Below are positions 13,475 to 25,090 of a stretch of DNA of 64,000 nt, piece by piece; the first letter of the stretch is position 1; each line of letters opens with the position of its first letter. Below the pieces are notes generated by a model. That model made no database searches, was not told the DNA's origin, and was given only the letters and a program-made list of their open reading frames with translations. Origin of the DNA: Lytechinus pictus (Eukaryota); the NCBI RefSeq assembly GCF_037042905.1, contig NC_087245.1, positions 13,952,001 to 14,016,000 on the forward strand. The letters are read 5' to 3'. The position numbers and the translations under genes were made by a program.

Positions 13475-16400
13475 TAGTCGATTTGACATTTTCCGAACCT
13501 AGAAATGTTCTTACCGATGAAGTTTTTTTCTTGATTCATGTTCCTATGAGGTCCTAGAACAAATTCAATTTTGCTAATTTGCATAAATCCAAAATGGCCG
13601 CCACATGCCGTCTTAAAAACCTAAGTTTTGAACCACTTGCCCCAAAATGACGAGTAATAACTCATTTCAGGGGTTTAGGGTTGTGTAGAATCCATTTCTG
13701 TTATTATTTTTGCAATATAAGGTCATCTTCATGTCAAATCCACCATCCATCCATCCGCCATTAGATGCCATCTTGAAAAAATAAATTTGAACCCTTTGCC
13801 CCAGAATTATGAGTAATACCTTTGTTTCGGGGTTTTGGGGTGTGCAGAATATATTTCTGCTATCTATTTTGCAATATAATGTCATCTTCAGGTAAATCCG
13901 AGATGGCCGCCAGATGACGCCATCTTGAAATATTAACTTTTGAACCCTTTGCCCCAGAATCATGAATAATGACTCTATTCGTGAGTCATTTGGTATGTTG
14001 ATTCAATTTATGCTGTGATTTTGCATAAAGGAAAATCTTCAGATCAGATCCAAGATGGCCGCCAAACGCCATCATGAAAAAATACACCTACATTCCGAGG
14101 CTTATACGTGTAAGAGCTAATGTAAAGGGATTTCAGTAAGAATACTCATTTGCTTTGTTAATTCTCATGTTTTTGGTCAAGGTGAAGTCACATCTGAGAT
14201 GTCAGATTTCGGCATTAACTGCTCACCTTAGAATGAACCCTCTTTAGGTTTGGGCTATGATCCATTTCGCGTGTATTTTAGTTGTTTTAATGTCCATCTA
14301 TACTTTTGTACTGAACAGGCTTTTAGAGTCTTATTTGAATTTGAAAGTGTTTTCTCCATATTTTTCCGAAATCAATGTGTCCAATGATTCGGGTAGGCAT
14401 CTGTTCGTCTTAAAAGACGATGGTGTAGCGCTAGGTCCTACATTTTCGAGAGTGGCTGCATGGACCTGGCCGCGGAGAATTATCTATTGTTACTGGGGGT
14501 GCTGTGACAATGCTCAGCACCCCCAGTAACAAAAGATTAATCCTCTGTTAATAGGTCTCTAGAGAAAATTTGTGCAGATGAAGGAGAATGACGCTGAGAC
14601 AGGTTTAGATACAGATGCGGTCCTAGCCTTCCTCCTAGGTCTTTGGTCTGTCAATTTAGCATTCCGATTATTTTCTGACGTCTTGACCCCTGTACTTAGT
14701 AGCTCTTCATAGAATGGCGACTATCATCTACATCTTCATAAGTGTCAGTGTCTATGCCGGCAAGTTTTATGTCACGTTTGCAGGTGTCTGGGATGAGACC
14801 AATCACGCAGCTCACCTTACCTTGGCGAATCGCTTCTGGGATTCGCCAAGGTTTCATGCGGCGAACATGCCCCAACCACTTGAGGCGCCTTTGACTAGAG
14901 AGCGAGAATAAACTGGGGATGCCAGCACGTACGCTGAAGGGCCTCTGTATTTTTCACTTTGTCCTGCCATTCAATGTGCATGATACGTCCGAGGCAGCTG
15001 ACATTAAAGGTGTTTAGCCGCATTTCTTGGTAGGCGTACGTTTTCCAGGGCTTACTTCCGTACAGGAGCTTTGCCATGAGTGGCAGATTTTCCTATTCTG
15101 GTGCTTATCTCATTGTCCAGGGAAAAGAAGCTAGAGACAGATAGTCGATCCAAGGTAGGTGAAGAGTCCTCCACAACCAGACGAGTGCGTGCTGTTGGTA
15201 GAGATATCTGGAGGACAGTCAGTGTCTTGAGTCTGTCAGGATTTCTGTCTCACAGGCTGATGGGTGATCCAATCTCCTTATATGCACAGGACAGGCGGCT
15301 GTATGACTATTTCTTGTACTCCCAAGAAATTCTTGAGAGGCAAGGGCGACATCGTTTCCGTACAACATCTTACGAATTAGAACCATCCTGACCATTGTTT
15401 TGGCACGTAGTCGGTCTCTGGTACGGATATAGAAGCCTTCTGTGTATTCGCCAAATGCATACTGGTGAAGCATGGTGAAGAAGATCCCAAAGAGTGTCAG
15501 GGCCAGGCGCAGCCTTGCTTCACGCCACTGCTCACAGGAACTGAGGGATGCTACCAGATGTTCCAGCGTTGTAGCAAACCGATGTCATGGAATGATACGA
15601 CCATGGAACAGTCTTGGGGGAGCCTATCTTCTGCAGGAGGCTAAATATTGCACTCCTACTGACCAAGTCAATGGCTCTTGTCAGGACGAAAAGTCCGATA
15701 ATTATAAAGGAAGGTAATAAGTTAACTAATTTTCTGAAAAATCACTTTTTAATTCAAATAACACTTCGAAGTCCTTTCACTAGAAAAGTATAGTTGGACG
15801 TAAAAAAATTATATGGACTCCCGAAATAGACCATAGCCCGAACCTTGAATTGTTTCAATCTAAAGTGAGCGGTTAATGACGAAACCTATCAACCTTCTGA
15901 CCATCTTAGACATGACTTAACCTCGAACTAAAAATGGAGTGATTAAAAGAAATGAATAATTCTTACTGAAATCCTCTTACATGAGCTCTTCAGGAAAGCG
16001 TGTACGCTTTTAGGGAGAGTACTTCTTTACGGTTCAATAGTCTCGGGAAGTTTTTTTTTTAATTTGGCGTTTAGCGGCCATCTAGAACATGTTGGATTTG
16101 ATATGACGATGATCCAATATTGCAAAATTATCAACAGGAATGGATTCAACAAACCAAATAACTCACGAAAAGAGGTATTATTCATGATTCTGGGACAAAG
16201 GAATCATAAGTTAATTTTTCAAAATGGCATCATCTGGCGGCCATCTTGGATTTGACCTGAAGATGACATTATATTGCAAAACAGATAGCAGAAAGATATT
16301 CTACACATCTCAAAATCCCTAAAAAGAGTCATTACTCATAATTTTGGGGCAAGGGGTTCAAAAGTTAGGTTTTCAAGATGGCATCTGGCGGCCATTTTGG

Positions 16401-16559
16401 ATTTATTCAAATTAGCAAAATTGCCAAAACGGCAACTTTGGGCAACCAAGCTGAATTTGTTCTAGGACCCCATAGGAACACGAATCAAGAAAAAAAACTT
16501 CATCGGAAAGAACATTTCTAGGTTGGTGTGTTGAGCCTATGGGACTGTCAAATCGACTA
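13475..16559. mobile_element. Long-TIR element with TAG...CTA termini and a 3-bp GAC TSD (Academ-like)
   Basis: gac|tagtcgatttgaca ... tgtcaaatcgacta|gac. 13500-14220 is mirrored by ~15860-16520. Confidence 0.75.
14700..15570 (-). mobile_element. Degenerate RTE-clade LINE RT fragment
   Basis: Remnants RLRAKTMVRMVLIRKMLYGNDVAL and LLYGSKPWKTYAYQEMRLNTF...WQDKVKNTEAL match the RTE RT pattern, with frameshifts. Confidence 0.8.
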
Positions 16560-18059
16560 GACAGTGGTCACTCAAGTGTAACATTCTGTCAAAACTTTAT
16601 CTTTCATTGGATAGATGAAACCCAAACTCAAGATCATAAGTGAAAAAAATACCCACATGTTGTATGTTTTTTAATTCCAAGGACTTTTTGAAAGTGTAAA
16701 CTTTTTTTTGATACGCACTGTATAGGAGGGCATGTAATACATATTTTTAAATAATACATCATGGATAAAGAGTTTGTATCACCATAAGAAAAAAGCAAAA
16801 AGATACATTTTGGGGGTATTTTACAGTCCATAAGAGGGAAAGTTGTTCACATGTGACATCACACATCCTTGTCGCATTGCCAATGGGAGGATCTCCATAG
16901 CATTAGTGATTGCAATATTCAAATGCTCATAACTTTCTCATTATTTGTCCGATTTTTCTCAAACTTTCTTTGTTCTTATTCTTTGATTTTTCTGTTTCTA
17001 CACAAGCCTCGCACTATTTAAATATGGCTTATGAGATTATATATTTATGCTATTTCAAAAGAATAAAGGTGACTGTTAGGACTAGGTACCCCTTCAAAGA
17101 AACAAATTAAAATCAACCAATGTCAACTCTGACAGGCTGATCGGGAAAATATGCCTGTGAAAACATTTTCGCCCACCCCCCCCCCCCCCCCTCCATTCGC
17201 GGAAGCTGGATCTGCCCCTGGAGGGAATTATGACTTCAGCATGAATGTCGCATACTTTCTGTAGAACAGTTATTATTCTTGTCTATGATGCATCTGCAAA
17301 CTGTGATTCGACCTGCATGGATTTCAGTATTCATGTAGTTGTCATGGTTAGTGGGAATCCGGGGGGGGGGGCACTCAGTATGTAATGCATAGTGGGTATG
17401 TGCCGCGGAGGGGACCCCCATTTTTACACTCAAATTTCCGTTCCGAGGCATAGCATTTTTGTCTTATTGAGAAAAAGAACAAAAAAAGCCGCTCCAGAGC
17501 ATAGCATTTTCTTCTTCTCGAGAAAAAAGAAGAAAAAATCCGCTCCAGGGCTTCGCATATTTTCCGTTACGCCGTTCCGGTCGCAATTTTGGTGAAAAGC
17601 GGCCGCAGCTCGCTGTCCGACCATCGCCTCTGCGCTAGCGCGCCCGTCAGTCGTGCCGCCGGGCTAGCTGCAAGTACGTTCCATAGGGATGCATACGCAC
17701 TCGCACGCAGGCGACCCGTTCCAAGGACCCCCGTTTTCACAAACATTTGTAGTTCCGAAGCCCGTTCCAAGGACCCTCCTTTTTACAGAGAGCCCGCTCC
17801 AAGGCCCCCGTTTTTTGTCTCGCCCGCGGCACACCCCTACCACTTTTTTGGTCGAGTGCAGGCGCTTATCCAGCATCAGATCCTTCAAAGCAATTCATGG
17901 GCCCAATTGACTGGGGACAATAGGACTCTGGCCCATACATTCGGCGGCGTATCAGGGGGTCGGTGGCCAGGGGGGGGGGGGGGGCAAGAGCCAAAAATTT
18001 CCCGGTCATATCATTGTATGAACAGGCTTAATGGTGTAATGAGGCGACTGTTTTGAGGC

Positions 18060-18236
18060 CAGGTGGGTGTTTCATAAAGCTGTTCGTTAGTTAAGAGCGA
18101 CTTTAAGAACGACTGGTGATCCTTTCTTGTGGTAAATGGTATATACATTGGCGATGGTTTAGCGCGTAAGAAAGGTTCACCAGTCGTTCTTAAAGTCGCT
18201 CTTAACTTACGAACAGCTTTATGAAAGGGCTCCCAG
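18060..18236. mobile_element. Harbinger-like palindromic MITE
   Basis: tttcataaagctgttcgttagttaagagcgac / gtcgctcttaacttacgaacagctttatgaaa, flanked by CAG. Confidence 0.75.
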
Positions 18237-21200
18237 ATATTGCGTATCGGGCAGAATTTATCTTTAAAAAAAAGTTGCGAGCGAGCAAAAATTTTGACCT
18301 TTTTAATACAAAAATCAAATTTTGGGATAGATTTTGACTTGATATCCAGAGAATAATATATTTCACTCTTCTCTCTTTAGATTCCTTTTTTGTTGTCCCT
18401 CTTTGCGGCAGTAGCGTGAAGAGTAACAAAAAACCAGGGGCGCAGTATATCACATGCTAAAAAGCTGCTTTTTATAGGTCCCGAGCGAGCGAGAAAAAGA
18501 AATCACCTTTTCATGAGAATCTAACTTTGAGCTATTTTTTACATTATATTCAGTCAATAAAATCATATCCTACACTTTTTCTTTCCCTTTCTTTCCTCCT
18601 TTTTTTGTTCTTGTTTGTAGAACTTTTTGGGGCCATGGCCCAAGCCTTCCATACGCAGTGCTGTGCGGTTGGGGTCCGGGGCGGAGCCCCTGGAACTTCT
18701 TGATATCAAAACCATTTAAACCTCGCAGATTGCCTCTATTTTAATCAAATCGTGGGCATAATATACAGAATATAGACTTTTTGCACAACACATTTACCAG
18801 TTGCGTAATGAATCAAATATTTTTGAGGGGGCAATATGGGAAAAATTTGTAAAAAGTCGCCAGCGTGCAAAGCGAGCTGGAAAAAATTGCCTTTTGAAAT
18901 TAAATTCTAATTATGTGATAGATTTTTCCATTATATTCAGCAAATAACACATTTCATTGTTTCAATTCATTTCATTGTACGTTGTCTCCTATAATTTCTT
19001 TTATTTCCTCTTGGGTGTGGAACCAAGACCCCCCCCCCCCCGCGCCTGTATGCCAGTGATTGAACGGGGGCGTTATACAGCCATTTGAAGGTCATAAAAG
19101 AAGAGCCCCTATACTGGCAAAGAACCGGTAGCTTTTTTGCATAACATTTAGCAAGCTTATAGCACAATGTATGCAGTCCATCTTTCTTCCCGCTCTTTAA
19201 TTTCAATCATCGGCAGCCCGGTCGTGTTATTTTTTTTTTCTTGTCCCTTTTCTTTGTTTTCCAATTTAGCTTTTGACTAATTACATTCTACCTTCGATTC
19301 CCGCTATTGTTTGTCATTTTGTCATCTTTCAATTTATTTCCCACCGTGCTATTGCATTACATAGGTCTTTTTCGGAATGATTTGTTCTTTCTCAAAATAA
19401 TGTTCTTCTTTCGTACATTTTCCCGCTTTCCTTCCATTTCCAATTTTAAAGAATGTTTTTTCTTCGTTTTATTTTCCTTTCCTTTTCCCCTTTCCTTCCC
19501 CTTTCCCTTTCTTTCTCCCTTCTTTTTTTCTCCTTTTCCCGTTTTCTCTTATTTTTCCGGTGAAATCCGCCAGGCAACCGCGTAGCCAGGATTTCATTTT
19601 GGAGGGGGCGGTAAATGCACGCGAAGCGTGCCAACACTTACAGAGCGCGCGAAGCGTGCTCCCTAGGGGGTGGGTGCAGGGAGGGGAAGTTTCCCCCTCC
19701 CGCGCGAAGCGCAAAGCTTTTGGTGTTTCATAAATTAAAATGAAAAGGAGCCGTCTCTCTTGTCTCTAGTACCTATATATCAGCTCCAATTCAGTTGACT
19801 ATATTGAGATTTTGAACCTTGTTTTCAAAAAAGATTGTGAAGGCACAAAAAAGGAATACAATGGAGGAAATTAAAATGATAATAACCCCGCGCGAAACGC
19901 GGAAGCTAAAGCGTTTTATCAATTTTTTGCCATGAAAAGGGTCCCGAGAAAAGGGTATTCACAAACATATATTGAATACTTCCCTTGGAAAGATCAGATT
20001 TGATTACAAACAATTTAGCGACAGTGCATATCTTTAACTCGCAAAACAATCTCCAATACTCCATCGGCTCTAATTCAATTAATTTTTAAGATTATTGAAC
20101 TTCATTACAAGGAAAATAGTGCGCAAAAAGTTGAAACTTCTGTGATTTATTGAAATTATATAAAAAGGATACCTAATTTCTTTGACTTATCCTGAAGCGC
20201 TTCATTTTGAATTATAAAGAAAATTTAGTGTCATTCAAAATTTCAAACTGAGGGCGCAAAACAGGACAGGAAATGAATGTGCAGGGAAATGACATGAAGT
20301 TTAATAGAATTTGATAAAAAATATTGTACTTTTTTATTTAATACGATACGAATTTTTTGCCTTCCTCTTTTTAAATTAGGAACCTGTTTGCCCCAAAAAT
20401 TATGGTTGTTTAGTAATGAACTGAAAAGCGGGAGAATTTGACTTTATGGAGGTGACGGCAGAAATTGATATAAAGATTTCACCCGCCCAGAGCCGACCCG
20501 ACCAGAAGTTGCGCGATCAATTAAAAAAAAGATAACTTCATATACTTCGGCCTAACCTTACTCTAATTCCATGCCCTAATGTATACATTTGAACTTTAAC
20601 TGGCAAGAAACACATATAGCTGAGGTGGAAAAACAGGGTTAGAGAAAGGGTGGGGGAAACAATGGAGATCTTCAATATTGTCATTTAACCGCGCGCAGCG
20701 CGGAAGCAAAATTCATATATAAATTTAGAGCAAGAGTGAAGGAGTTTCTCTTTTGAGAAATAAAAAAAAGAATAAAAAGAAAAAAAAACACAAAGTTACC
20801 CTTCTTCCCTTTCCTCCTTTCCCTTTTCCTTTTCTCCTCTCTTTTTTCCCTTCTTTTTTTTTCTTTTTGGGGACGTTTTTTTTATGGGGGGGCGACCGCC
20901 CCCACCGCCCCCCCCCCCTGGCTACGCGCCTGGGGCAGCTTGCCCCCCTGCCCCCGCCTGTTACGCCACTGCATACATTTGTTTGTCATACATTTCTTTG
21001 GTCAAGGTTTTCTTTTATATTCCCGGCTACTTAGGTCCCGTTATAGGCGAGTACAAACAATACGCCGTACTGCCCCCCCCCCCCCCCTCCAAGATAGTGC
21101 CTGCGTCCATCTTCATAGACCTATGAGGGGACGGTCTATTATCGCGTGGCGTCTGCTGACCTCGAACCGGCGCGCCGCAGTAATAAGTCTAATATCCTAC

Positions 21201-21477
21201 GGAGCAGTCACGGGCCCCTTCTTTTCGAGGGAATTAGGAGTCAGAACGTGATTGAACCTGTTACTGAGAACATCTATCAATCTTTCGTGCTGTTTATTGT
21301 GATTTACTGCTATATTCTTCGTTGTTAGAGATATTCATCAAATGTGAGTATATTTTTTTAATGATGTCCCCTTATCCTGGTTTAAGTCACCAGTCCATGC
21401 ACTGCCGTTAATTTCGTCAGGGCTAGTGACTTCTTTCAACTCCCATTTACTTTGTACACAACGAGTGCACACGCATA

Positions 21478-21612
21478 GCCTTGAGGACTCCGTGATGATA
21501 TTTTAAAAATATTTTTACATATACTTTTACATCACATCCGTGATGCCTGGAAAAGTGATGTAAAAGTATTATGTAAAAATATTGTTAAAATATCACACGG
21601 AGTCCTCAAGGT
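21478..21612. repeat. ~135-bp palindrome (mini-MITE)
   Basis: ccttgaggactccgtg...atttttacat / atgtaaaaat...cacggagtcctcaagg. Confidence 0.75.
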
Positions 21613-22259
21613 TAGCACACACCGACACACACGAGAAGAAAGGTGATTAATTTCCCACAAGGCCACTGTATTCATTATTCAAAATCAAACAAAATAACAT
21701 ATAATAGGTGTATATGATATTAAACTGGGTTCCAAAAGAAACTTCTCAAACTTCACAAGCGCACAAATTCCACTCCGGCCGTCAAAATGAACAAAATTTT
21801 GACACAGGATATACTATATAAGCACATGTCAATAATTAAAAGATTGGTTTAATAATAAAAAGTCTGTAGCCCCTCAAATCAATTGGTTCCGCATTCCAAA
21901 AGTCTTAATTTCAGCCCGGAGTTTCAGTCTGAACCATTGGCGGCGGAAGCCACCGGTCCACCTGAAAAATTGGGATGGACACAGGTAAATAATTTGACAA
22001 GCTAAAAACAAGTTATCAACAAACAATTTAAGGGGGGACCGTCCCCCCCCCCACCTCAAATTTAGGAGGGACAGCACCCCTGCCCCCCCCCCTCCGCTTC
22101 CGCCGCCTATGGTCTCAACCAACTCCAATATAGTCATAACAACGTTCGTAGTCATGTAGTGTACGTGTGAGTGAGTCTCAACCAAATGCTTGACTGCTAT
22201 TGGCATGAGTGAGTCCATTCATACATAATGCGTTTTTTACATCAATAGGTGTGTTTTAA

Positions 22260-22878
22260 GGACAATTTAACCCCAGAAAAATATTGATTTGAACTGAACA
22301 TGCTGAATAGACAGAGAAAAATCAAACAAGCATTATGCCGAAAACTTCATCAAAATCGGATGTAAAATAAGAAAGTTATGACATTTTAAAGTTTCGCTTA
22401 TTTTTCACAAAACAGTGATGTGCACAACTCAGTGACATGCAAATGGACAGTCGATGATGTCCCTCACTCACTATTTTTTGGTGTTTTTTTATTGTTTGAA
22501 TTATACAATATTTCATTTTTTAACAGATTTTACAATAAGGACCAACTTGATTGAACCACATAGAATTAAACAATGGTAATATCACATGTTCAGGGCGAAA
22601 TAAAACTTTGTTTCACAGGACAATGAGGAGAAAATTAGAATATTTCATATTTATTATAATAAAATACAAAAGAAATAGTGAGTGAGTGATGTCATCAGTT
22701 CCCTCATTTGCATACCTACCAGGATGTGAATATAACTATTTTGTGAAATTAAGTGAAGCTTACAAATGTCATAACTTTTTTATTTTACATCCGATTTTGA
22801 TGAAATTTTCTATGTTGTGCTTGTTGGATTTTTTTCTTATTATTCAAATTTATTTTTTGTTGGGGCGGACTTGTTCCT
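22260..22878. mobile_element. Foldback MITE with long inverted arms
   Basis: catcaaaatcggatgtaaaataagaaagttatgaca is mirrored by tgtcataactttttattttacatccgattttgatg. Relatives occur near 3300-3585 and 52600-53228. Confidence 0.7.
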
Positions 22879-24925
22879 AAAGTACTCTGTAAATGTCCGT
22901 TTTATGATGTGAATATTAACATTTTCATGCTTGCTCTGTACGCTCGCATTATTTGATTTGCCAAGTAGGCCTACCTATAGTCTTTGTGTATTTCATAAGA
23001 TTCTCAAAATATCCCTTTTCAGGTGGGATTGTCAAAAGCAAAGGCCTATCAGCTAGCGCTGCGCGCTCGCATTTTGATTGGTGACGTATGCATACCTCTA
23101 TATTAATTCTATAACAAACTACTTAAAATCCTCCAGTTTATGACAGTGTATCAAAAAAATCGGCTCGCGATTTGCGCTCGCATTAATTGTTAAAATTTTA
23201 TCAACTCATGAATCCTATTCATGAATACAAAAGTGCGTAAAAACATTCAGTTTTCATGCCTCAACGTTAACAAATTTCACACACCCATTAGGCTTATTAG
23301 ATTAATAAATATGATAAGGGGGATATATAAAAGGGGAATATCGACAAGTTTCATATCGCGCTTAGGAAGAGGAATAGGAAGATAGTCATCATTTTCATAT
23401 GATGACAAAATGTCCTTAGGCCTAGAATGTCCCGGTCCGAGATCAAAATGATAATAAAAATATCAGCTCGCGCTTCGCGTTCGTATCATTTACTAAGTGC
23501 TATCCACAACCACTTCATAATTTCCCTACACAGTGCCTTTAATAGTGCTTAAATTGACCCTTTTCATACCGGAATATCAAATATTTTCAGCTCGCGCTCG
23601 CACTACCGATTTTTATATAAAGCTAAGAAATTACTGTTATAGGACATGGGCGTTTTGCCCCCCCCCCCCATTTTCAACGACCAAGAAAAAAAGAGAAACG
23701 GAAGGGATAAGGGTGAAATATTTTATTTTCTAAACATGCTAAATGTTATGTCAAAATCTATCACAGGTTGTATTTTTATAATAAATTTGTCAATTTTTTT
23801 TCTCGCTCGCTCGCAAAATCTTGTAAATTTTACGCGATACGCCAATCGAGCCCCCTCAAAATTTTGGGCTCATTACGCCAGTGAGTGGGACAACCCCTTC
23901 AAAGAAACCAAAAAAAAAAATCAACTTTGAGTGGCCGGTCGGGGAAAACATGGGTGAAAAAAAAATGCCACCCCCCTATTGGCGGAAGCTGGATACGCCC
24001 CTGGATAACATGGACCTTTTAATATCTTATATTAAATATTTTACAGTCAATATGCACAAATCATTTTTCTCGCGAATGGAGTTTTCATTAGCAGAGTTGT
24101 CATTCGAGACAAAGCCATGCGAACCAATTTCAACTGGAAGAAAAACAATTTTGACATTTTTCCTGTCGATGTCTGCGATCATGGTGCATATTCGTTACTT
24201 TTGTAGTCGTGTGCTTTGTCAATATTCGTTTCAAACGGGACAGACAATTTGAAGAATAACATTTGGTTTCGTTGCTTAGAGACAATACTCAGATCGGAGT
24301 TAGCACAAACCTACCTAATTCCCAAATAGGTCAGTTTGTGTGATCTCAACATGAATAGTTGATCTGCCATGTGAACCACCAGGAATGTCAGAGTAAATAT
24401 GACAATAAATGTCAACGTCCTCATTACCATGATTACCATTATCTTTATCAGTTCTGCTTTGACACAACTTACTGAGCGAATATAATTCAGCAAATTACGC
24501 CAGATGTCAGTCAAGTGAAATCTGACAATGATTTAAAACATGATGAATAAAGAGTTTCATGATTGCTATACATTTAGATCAAAATGGTGGAGCACTTGTT
24601 GAACGGTTGCCCCTCTGAAAGCTCTCTGTGAATAGCTGATTTTTATGTGAATTTTTGAACACTTCAAGCTTTTTTGACTGCACTAAGTGTTTGAACAATA
24701 TGTATGGATTGTGTGGGACAAGTTTTGAGTGTTTTGTAGCTTAAATCAGACAGGATTTGTGCTTGTGAAAATGTTGGATCTACTGCTGCAAAAACTGTAC
24801 AAGAACCATTTTGATCTCACTGCATTCAACTGGTACCTGGGAAGTGCTTTAGTCATGAATAGGAAAAGACCTATACATCTATTGTTAGTGATCTTTTCAG
24901 TGACTTGAAAGCCTTGATCTTAACA

Positions 24926-25090
24926 ATGGCTCTACAGAGGACCTACCTATTTTTGCTCCTAACCATTCTAGTATGTCTGTCCTATCATGAATGGAATGAA
25001 TGGGATCATTCTACTTGCACTGGAACTGTGTATTCTGGCTGCAGTAAACGTACACAAGTTTCATTATTGAAGGGAAAATCAAACATTTGA
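24926..25090 (+). CDS. LINE leader ORF with a signal-peptide-like N-terminus; continues in the -1 frame into 2A/APE
   Basis: acaATGG Kozak context; MALQRTYLFLLLTILVCLS hydrophobic core; overlaps the open -1 frame over 25048-25090. Confidence 0.55.
   Translation: MALQRTYLFLLLTILVCLSYHEWNEWDHSTCTGTVYSGCSKRTQVSLLKGKSNI

Larger units (their letters stand above)
12657..16720. mobile_element. Tc1/mariner-like non-autonomous element (TA TSD)
   Basis: ta|cagtgcgtatcaaaaaaagtttacacttt ... aaagtgtaaacttttttttgatacgcactg|ta. Confidence 0.85.
12384..17005. mobile_element. TTAA-flanked foldback MITE split by nested insertions
   Basis: Starts ttaa|aggagaatgaaa. 12400-12580 is mirrored by 16830-17005. 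A terminus of the same family is at 1-127 (tttcattctcct|ttaa). Confidence 0.7.
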
